From Octopus sinensis (taxonomy: Eukaryota), in contig NW_021825526.1 of assembly GCF_006345805.1 (NCBI RefSeq), positions 1-15,200 of the forward strand: a stretch of DNA of 15,200 nt, read 5' to 3'. The position numbers and the translations under genes are program-made. The notes beneath the pieces are model-generated. The model saw nothing but the letters and a program-made list of their open reading frames with translations, was not told the DNA's origin and made no database searches. This document shows positions 1 through 6,991 of the stretch, piece after piece. The first letter of the stretch is position 1; every line of letters starts with the position of its first letter.

Positions 1-6
1 AGTATT

Positions 7-78
7 ATGTATGTATGTATGTAGGTATGTATGTATGTATGTATGTATGCATGTATGTATGTATGTATGTATATTATG
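7..78. repeat. (TATG)n microsatellite
   Basis: Direct reading. Confidence 0.95.
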
Positions 79-83
79 TAGAT

Positions 84-290
84 CGGCTTCAAATTTTGTA
101 GCACAAAGCCGACAATTTAGGGAAAGGGAGAGTCAATTAAATCGATCCAGTACGCAACTGGTACTTAATTTATCGACCCTGAAGTGATGAAAGGCAAAGT
201 CGACCTCGGCTGAATTTGAACTCAGAACATAAAGACGGACGAATGACGCTCAGCATTTTCCCTGCTTGCAAACGTTTCTGCCAGCTCGCA
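84..290 (-). mobile_element. tRNA-derived (CORE-type-like) SINE, family A
   Basis: Reverse complement GAGCTGGCAGAAACGTT...GTTCTGAGTTCAAATTCAGCCGAGGTCGACTTTGCCTTTCATC...GGTCGATAAATTAAGTACCAGTTGCGTACTGG matches 4520-4690. Has A-box-like TGGCAGAA and B-box-like GAGTTCAAATTC. Confidence 0.75.
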
Positions 291-296
291 TTATGT

Positions 297-567
297 GTAT
301 ATACATACATACATACATACATACATACATACATACATACATACATCATACATACATTATACATGCACAATACCTAATACATACATACATACACATATAC
401 ATACATACATACTTCAATACAACATACATACATACATACAATACACACATACATACATACACATACATACATACATACATACATACATACGTACATACGT
501 ACACATATACATATATAGATATATATATATACATGATATTATATATATATATTTGTATATATATATG

Positions 568-608
<41 letters not shown>

Positions 609-613
609 CATGT

Positions 614-646
<33 letters not shown>

Positions 647-650
647 TATA
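297..650. repeat. Compound (CATA)n-(TA)n microsatellite
   Basis: Direct reading. Confidence 0.95.
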
Positions 651-817
651 TCTTCTCTTCTGTGTTTTTTTTCTCTGTGCTATCTTTCTGTTGAAGAGCG
701 TAGGCTCGAAACGTTAAAGACTTGTTTTATTTATATTTCCTGAGCGCCATACCAATACATTGTTGTTTGTTTCCCACCTGCCTTCGTCTTTTGTCTATTT
801 TCATAAAGCTTCCCGTT
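651..817 (+). mobile_element. Short hammerhead-bearing element between two (TA)n runs (probable Penelope-like terminal-repeat remnant)
   Basis: Flanked on both sides by (TA)n. Shares the hammerhead-like motif and the downstream TCCTGAGCG...AATAC...TTGTT segment with 3335-3522. Confidence 0.5.
683..720 (+). ncRNA. Minimal type I hammerhead-ribozyme-like motif (Penelope-type), degenerate
   Basis: TCTTT-CTGTTGA-A-GAGC(GTAG)GCTC-GAAACGTT-AAAGA. Stem I is TCTTT/AAAGA and stem II is GAGC/GCTC. The palindrome AACGTT replaces helix III. There is one core deviation (A6>U). Confidence 0.6.
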
Positions 818-1075
818 ATATATATATATATATATATATTATTATATATATATATATATATATAAATATGTATGTGTTTCCATATGTGCCACGAATGTGT
901 GTATGTGTCTGTGCGTGTGTACGCGTTTAGTGTCTATTTTGGTTGAAGCTGTGCGAATGCCCGTTCGTATGGCTATGCATTGTAAAGCGGCATTACACAG
1001 TTACCTCCCTTACCTCGGACTTAATTAGCAGACATTCTTTATGCTTATATTACTACTAGTGTAGAGCTGCGATAC

Positions 1076-1282
1076 ATGTATGTATGTATGTATGTATGTA
1101 TGTATGTATGTATGTATGTATGTATGTATTTATGTATGTATGTATGTATGTATGTATGTATGTATGTATGTGTGTATATAATAACATAAGGCAACAACAA
1201 CAACAACAACACAACAACAACAACAACAACAACAATAACAACAAAAATAATAATAATAATAATAATAAAAATAATAATAATG

Positions 1283-1314
<32 letters not shown>

Positions 1315-1315
1315 C

Positions 1316-1368
<53 letters not shown>
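1076..1368. repeat. Compound (TATG)n-(CAA)n-(AAT)n microsatellite
   Basis: Direct reading. Confidence 0.95.
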
Positions 1369-1372
<4 letters not shown>

Positions 1373-1375
1373 ACA

Positions 1376-1865
1376 AGGCAGTGGCTCTCGTGGCTTCTGA
1401 TCTTAACTGATTGGAAGTTTTACCATGTACATCGTTTTGTCTTGGTATAAAAGATGGGCTACAGCAAATATTCTGCTCAATACCACAGATTTGCTTGTCA
1501 GTTGTTTGACCTTAACCAGTTGAGCATGTCCCTTAGTGGCTGACGATATGTGCATCTCTGATCATGAGTAGTGGGGGAGCATCTTAGCCGTGTGTTGAGA
1601 GGGATTCTTTGGGGTTTGAATAAATCATTTCTGGAAACATGGGTGTTTCGTTCAACATCTTAAACAACCCTTATTCAGGGACCTTTTGAGCGGTATTGGA
1701 GAATCAACCTGAAGAAAATTCTAACTGGGCCCCACCTGCAAGATCATGTGCTGTGATACATGTGCCTGGTGTACCCTTATCAGACGGGTAGTCATGATGG
1801 GTATACTGGGCTTCGTATATTTTACCCCAGTGTCACTTTGAAGGCATGCACTGTTCTCTCACTCA
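1376..1865 (+). mobile_element. Non-coding interspersed element flanked by AAT runs (family D), longest copy
   Basis: Lies between (AAT)n at 1245-1368 and AATAATGATAATAAT at 1866-1879. Additional copies occur at 1880-1985 and ~6001-6170. Confidence 0.7.
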
Positions 1866-1879
1866 ATAATGATAATAAT

Positions 1880-2018
1880 CTGATTGGAAGTGTAATCATG
1901 CATATTTTTTTGTCTTGGTATAAAAGATGGGCTATAGCAAATATTCTACCCAATACCACACATTTGCTTGTCAGTTGTTTGACCTGGTTAAGGTCAAACA
2001 ACTGACATATTTGCCATA
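1880..2018 (+). mobile_element. Family D partial copy ending in a fold-back inversion
   Basis: 1880-1985 matches 1407-1512. It then switches to the reverse complement (CTGGTTAAGGTCAAACAACTGACA), forming a 17-bp perfect inverted repeat at 1969-1985/1991-2007. Confidence 0.75.
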
Positions 2019-2085
2019 TAAACACAAGCACTATATATTTTTTCTTCATTCGTTTGTTACTTTTCTTATTTTAATTCATGTCCAT

Positions 2086-2131
2086 TGTCTGGAAATCTTT
2101 CATCACACATTTGTGACCTCTTCAGTGACAC
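2086..2131 (-). ncRNA. Degenerate hammerhead-like motif (family B, copy 1)
   Basis: Minus strand reads TGTCA-CTGAAGA-G-GTCACA(AATG)TGTGAT-GAAA-GATT-TC-CAGACA. It has a 6-bp stem II and a weak stem I (TGTC/GACA). Confidence 0.45.
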
Positions 2132-2207
2132 ATTTCGCTTCCGTGTGCGTTCTTGCTCCGCTTCATTCTATTCTTCTAAGACGTTCTTCTATAGATATAG
2201 AGACAGA

Positions 2208-2257
2208 CATACATACATACATACATACATACATACATACAGACAGACAGACAGACT

Positions 2258-2310
<53 letters not shown>
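2208..2310. repeat. Compound (CATA)n-(CAGA)n-(GATA)n microsatellite
   Basis: Direct reading. Confidence 0.95.
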
Positions 2311-2389
2311 GTACGTAGACACTCATACATGTATGTGTGTGTATACGTGTATATAAGTATGCATATGTACTCACAAACACGCATATATG

Positions 2390-2441
<52 letters not shown>

Positions 2442-2540
2442 TGTATAATGCATGTATCCATGTATGTATATTTATATATTCATATCTTCGTATATATGCA
2501 ACTCTTATAGCAACTCTTCTGGCGCACTATTGTCCTTGTA

Positions 2541-2590
2541 GTGGCGGTGGTGGTGGTGGTGGTGGTGGTGGTGGTGGTGGAGGTGGTAGT
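2541..2590. repeat. (GGT)n microsatellite
   Basis: Direct reading. Confidence 0.9.
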
Positions 2591-3297
2591 AGTTGCAGCA
2601 GCAGGAACCCCAACCCCCAAGTCCAGCAGCAGCAGTAGATTCTGTCAGTCAGTCAACTTACCCAGCCAGGCACAATTTGACTGACTGTGAATGGAAACGT
2701 CAGCGACAACAGGGAACCGTGAAAGCCATAGTCTCTCGGCTCGGCTCGGCTTTCCGGGAATCCCCTTTACCCCCCCCACCCCACCCCACCCTCTCATCCT
2801 CTCCTCTCCTTCTCCTCGTCCTCCTCCTCTCCTCCTTCTCCTCCTTCACTTACACATTCACTCTATATGTCCCCCATTTTTTCTTTATTCATTGGTTTTC
2901 TCCGTCCGCTGCAGCAACAGCGAAAAATGAAAAGAATTTTTAAAAGTATGTAACACCAAACTCAGGGGTGGATATTCGAACAAACGTGGCCGATCGACCT
3001 GCAAGAAATGACAGCGAAATAAGTTAAATTAGCCTTTGAAATTATATGTTGCATAGGTGTTATAATTAAAATAGGTTCCGAAATAGAAAAAAAATTCTTT
3101 CGGATGATTCAGGCTTAATCGGAATTTAAAGCAACAAAAAAAAAAGGAGATATAAGATAAATAAGAGATTATATTGCATATTTCGCATAATTCTTTCATA
3201 ATTCTGGGGTCGTGGTACCTGAAAGAATCCGGAGGGTGTTGGAAGCCTTGTAAGTGGATTTGGTAGACAGAAACTGAAAGAAGCTAATCGTATACAT

Positions 3298-3328
<31 letters not shown>

Positions 3329-3334
3329 CATTCA

Positions 3335-3522
3335 AAATGTAACCGCGTGTGTACGGTTTTTTTCCTCCGTCTTCCCTTCTTTGGATCTTTCCTTTTCCTA
3401 TGTTTCTGACGAAGAGCTCCGCTCGAAAAGTTAAACCCTTCTTCTTTCCTGAGCGTCCAATAATACTATACTTGTTCCACGTCCTCACGTTGTTGCGTTT
3501 TCTTTTTGTGTTTTCATGTTTG
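3335..3522 (+). mobile_element. Short hammerhead-bearing element related to 651-817
   Basis: Same motif order (pyrimidine-rich leader, hammerhead, TCCTGAGCG, T-rich tail). Lies between (CA)n(TA)n and (GATA)n. Confidence 0.5.
3402..3436 (+). ncRNA. Minimal type I hammerhead-ribozyme-like motif
   Basis: GTTT-CTGACGA-A-GAGC(TCC)GCTC-GAAA-AGTT-AAAC. The CUGANGA and GAAA boxes are intact. Stem I is GTTT/AAAC and stem II is GAGC/GCTC. Confidence 0.65.
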
Positions 3523-3524
3523 GA

Positions 3525-3549
3525 TATAGATAGATAGATAGATAGATAG

Positions 3550-3594
<45 letters not shown>
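3525..3594. repeat. (GATA)n microsatellite
   Basis: Direct reading. Confidence 0.95.
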
Positions 3595-3595
<1 letters not shown>

Positions 3596-3607
3596 TGCGT
3601 GTGTGTA

Positions 3608-3802
3608 TTTGTATGTCTGTGTTTGTCCCCTGCCTTCCATCGCTCGATAACCGATCCTGGTGTGTTTACGTCCCAGTAACTTAGCGGCTCGGCAAAAATA
3701 AACGATGGAATAAACACTAGGCTTACAAAGAATAAGTCGATTTAGTCGACTAATAGCGGTGCTCCAGCATGGCCGCAGTCAAATGACTGAAACGAATAAA
3801 AG
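3608..3802 (+). mobile_element. SINE-like repeat, family C (tail CAGCATGGCCGCAGTC..ATGACTGAAAC)
   Basis: Homologous in the opposite orientation to 10680-10902. The same tail recurs at ~3942-3975, ~4128-4165 and ~4725-4770. Confidence 0.65.
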
Positions 3803-4213
3803 GACACCTCTTTAAGATCAGAGTTCAAATCCCATCTGGTTATTTTGGTGTTTGTTTTGTTTTTTAAATTTCTGAGCTCCTTAAATACATATTGTGATTG
3901 GATCAATGTAATCGATTATAGATTATTAAAAAGATGGTTCTCTAGCATGGCTATTGCCCAATGTCTAATGGCCAGCAAGATGCGATGTATTTAGTTCAAG
4001 CTGCGTTTGTGTCCAACGTGTCTTTCATTTATCGCATCAAGGTCGATAAAGCAATCATATTCGGTAAATTAATTACATAGCTTGATCTGAGTAACTATAT
4101 TATATACCCTAGAGAAACGGTATTTGCTCTAGTATGGCCGCAGTCCAGTGACTGAAATCTGCAAGACAATAAAGAGCAAATAATAGCGATTTGATAGTTT
4201 AATATATATATCT

Positions 4214-4692
4214 TAAGGCGGCGAGGTGGCAGAAACGTTCGTACCAGTTACGAACTGGCGTCGATGTAATCGACTTAATCTGTCTTTTTGTTCTTGTTTG
4301 TTTCTTCTGTGTTTAGTCCTTGTGGGTAGTAAAGAAATAGGTATTTCGTCTGCCGCTACGTTCTGAGATCAAATTCCGCCGAGGTTGACCTTGCCTTTCA
4401 TCCTTTCGGGGTCGATTAAATAAGTACCAGTTACGCACTGGGTCGATGTAATCGACTTAATCCGTTTATCTGTCGTTGTTCGTCCGCTCTGTTTTTAGCC
4501 CCTTGTGGGTAATAAAAAAATAGGTATTTCGTCTGTCTTTACGCTCTGAATTCAAATTCCGCCGAGGTCGACTTTGCTTTCATTCTTTCGGGGCCGATAA
4601 ATTAAGTACCAGTTACGTACCGGGATCGATCTAATCGTCTGGGCCCTTTCCCCAAAACAAGTTCAGGCCTTGTTCTTAGTGTAGGAAAGAAT
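4214..4692 (+). mobile_element. Family A SINE with internal tandem multimerisation (~183-bp units)
   Basis: Head is AAGGCGGCGAGGTGGCAGAAACGTT. GTACCAGTTACG...TCGAT.TAATCG recurs at 4241, 4424 and 4606. GGTATTTCGTCTG...TTCAAATTCCGCCGAGGT.GAC recurs at ~4340 and ~4523. Confidence 0.78.
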
Positions 4693-4880
4693 ATACATCT
4701 GTAGATGCAATACACGGACACTCCTTCAGCGTTGTATCGGCAATCTAATGAGTGAAACAAATAAAAGAAAAAAATATGACATAATTATAATGTTTCGGGA
4801 CGGTCATTATTTTCCTGCCAAATAAACACACGCTCTATATATTTGTTCTTCAGATTTATCATTCTTCTTACTTTATGCCT

Positions 4881-4926
4881 TTGTTTGGGAATCCTTCGTA
4901 ACACATCCTGTGACCTCTTCAGTGTC
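4881..4926 (-). ncRNA. Degenerate hammerhead-like motif (family B, copy 2)
   Basis: Minus strand reads GACA-CTGAAGA-G-GTCACA(GGATG)TGTTAC-GAAG-GATT-CC-CAAACAA. Homologous to 2086-2131; the flanks are also similar (2040-2190 vs 4845-4980). Confidence 0.4.
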
Positions 4927-5229
4927 TCTCCATCCCGCGAGTCTCCTCTTGTTCTGTTTAGTCAATTCTGTCTTTTTATGGTATGTATAATGAATATATA
5001 TATTTATTTTATTAGGCCATATAGATACTACTGTTTATTTAGGTAAATTTCGGCCTATAGGCTACTTGCTATCTATGGTGAGTAATAGATTGAGGCCCTG
5101 AACACTTTACTCTGGTCGTAGGAGCGCAAGCATGACATCCATTTTTAGACGTAGCAGATACCATCACTTTTCAGATCAGACCGATTTGTTTTTTCCAAAA
5201 GCAAAAATAAAATAATTGCCCCTAATACA

Positions 5230-5310
5230 TAACTGGTACTATATCAACCTTGTAAGAGTGAAATGCAAAACTGACCTCAGCGAGATTTGAATTCAAAGTA
5301 TAGAATACCG
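5230..5310 (-). mobile_element. Diverged family A SINE fragment
   Basis: ACTGGTAC...ATCAACC...GTGAAATGCAAAACTGACCTCAGCGAGATTTGAATTCA aligns with 157-224. Confidence 0.55.
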
Positions 5311-5390
5311 GAAAGATTAACATAATATAATATTTAAAAAAAAAAAACAGGCAACGAGAGTAAAAACTGCAGAGTGGTTTTGATTTTTGA

Positions 5391-5483
5391 TATCTTTACA
5401 AGTGTTTCAATGATTATAACGTAGCTGATTATGTAATTTCACATTTTACGCACTCTTTACGACATCACTTCGTCAGAAGCACT
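5391..5483 (-). ncRNA. Type I hammerhead-like motif with an extended stem II
   Basis: Minus strand reads GTGCTT-CTGACGA-AGTGAT-[~49 nt]-ATCATT-GAAA-C(ACTT)G-TA-AAGATAT. All core nucleotides are present, with a GUA cleavage triplet. Stem II is AGTGAT/ATCATT and stem I is CTT/AAG, extendable with a bulge. Confidence 0.5.
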
Positions 5484-6000
5484 ACAGGCATCGCTATGAA
5501 GCACGCGTAAGGATACAACACTCAATCATTCTATATTTGTTTTCTTTCTCTTGACATGTATTTAATCATATGCAATAAACGTTGCAGCCGATATACGTCT
5601 AACATTGTTTTATTCATGTTTTACTTATTCACGGTTTTATTCTGGAATTTTCTTACTGGACATCAGTCGTGGAAAGTAATGGAACAGGAGGAAACTAAAA
5701 CATTAGATATAAGCTATACACTTTAAAAATGGTTCTATAATAGCAATAATTACGTTTTTTATTTAGGTTTACTTTTTTAAATATTCGTAAAATAGCAGTG
5801 TAACAAAATTTCTCTTTCTTAATTTTTTCTCTTTGACAGTAAGCGTTACTTCTTATTTGCATCTAATTAGAAATTAAAGGAAATGACTACTATTCCCTTC
5901 AAACTTTGCTTCTGTGATCTTGACATCAATATATGAAACTGATTTATTTCCCATTACATTTCAGATAGATCCAGGTCCGTGTTGCTGAAGCAGAAATATC

Positions 6001-6170
6001 GTTATAGCAAACATTCTGCTCAATACCATAGATTTGCTTATCAGTTGCTTGACCTTAACCAGTTGAGTATGTCCGTTAGTGGCTGACAATATGTGCATCT
6101 CTGATCACGTGCAAGAGCAGTGGGGAAGCATCATAATCATGTGATAAGGGGGATTATTTGCAGTTTGACT
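6001..6170 (+). mobile_element. Family D partial copy
   Basis: AGCAAACATTCTGCTCAATACCATAGATTTGCTT...GTGGCTGACAATATGTGCATCTCTGATCA...GTGGGGAAGCATC matches 1463-1620. Confidence 0.75.
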
Positions 6171-6329
6171 AAATAAAACAAAAGGAAAATTTGAGTGAAG
6201 TATTATCCATTTTAAATACTTTTTAGGAGATAAGCAAATAGGAAATGACAGTTGCTACCCAAGAACAGAAATCATGTTACACAGTGTAATAGTCCTAACA
6301 TTGTCAAAAGATATGGATTTTGGCTGAGG

Positions 6330-6415
6330 AGATTTGTCGGTTCTATCGCCATAATTATGTGACTGGTATTGTGTTATATCGATAACGGAAATATGAAAGG
6401 TAAGGTCGACTTCTC
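6330..6415 (-). mobile_element. Old family A SINE fragment
   Basis: ACTGGTATT...TTATATCGA...ATGAAAGGTAAGGTCGACT aligns with 157-206. Confidence 0.45.
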
Positions 6416-6498
6416 TGTTGGTGGGAAGGAGGAAATAAAAAGATGAATGAGACGGAACAAATACATTTTTGTGACTCCGTATCGAGTCTGCCACTTGA

Positions 6499-6509
6499 AT
6501 AATAATAAC

Positions 6510-6541
<32 letters not shown>

Positions 6542-6575
6542 TAATAATAATAATAACAACAACAACAACAACAAT
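6499..6575. repeat. (AAT)n-(AAC)n microsatellite
   Basis: Direct reading. Confidence 0.95.
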
Positions 6576-6761
6576 GTTACGTACATATCATATCATACCT
6601 TGACACTGTGTGGACTAAGATCCCGTTGACAGGACGCTGGTATTTATAGTGTTAAACACTTTCGGTATTCAAGTCGGGGACTTTTCATAGAGTAACTGCT
6701 GCATTTGTTGAGTATATAAACAATTTGACTTCTTGTTTCTCTGGAAGATTGTCAAAGTCAT

Positions 6762-6817
6762 GTGGACGCCTCTGATGAGAACCCAATAAGGTTCAAAAAT
6801 CGATTAAGATTGTTCAT
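6762..6817 (+). ncRNA. Decayed type I hammerhead motif (G12>A)
   Basis: GTGGACGCCT-CTGATGA-GAACC(CAATAA)GGTTC-AAAA-ATCGAT-TA-AGATTGTTCAT. It has a perfect 5-bp stem II, the palindrome AATCGATT (6798-6805) as helix III, and an imperfect ~10-bp stem I. The GAAA box reads AAAA, at a former CpG. Confidence 0.55.
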
Positions 6818-6883
6818 CGTTTTTCAGTATGCGGAGAAATGGCTAAAACTTGCCCTGATTATAATTATACCATGTGTTAAGTA

Positions 6884-6926
6884 AATAATGATAATAATAT
6901 AATAATAATAATATATAATAATAATG

Positions 6927-6983
<57 letters not shown>

Positions 6984-6991
6984 CATAATAT
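6884..6991. repeat. (AAT)n microsatellite, 5' flank/target of the R4/Dong element
   Basis: Direct reading. Confidence 0.95.

Noticed and set aside
266-1410. ORFs rich in YIHT/MYVC/poly-N/poly-L
   Set aside because: These are translations of (CATA)n, (TA)n and (AAT)n microsatellites, with no domain content.
1539-1720. CTGACGA (1540) and CTGAAGA (1709) as further hammerhead cores
   Set aside because: Neither is followed by a stem II plus GAAA or has a stem I. The same applies to CTGAGGA at 6324 and the minus-strand CTGAAGA at ~4847-4853.
4241-4640. Regularly spaced repeats as a CRISPR-like array
   Set aside because: The intervening sequences are themselves homologous (tandem ~183-bp SINE units), and the context is eukaryotic.
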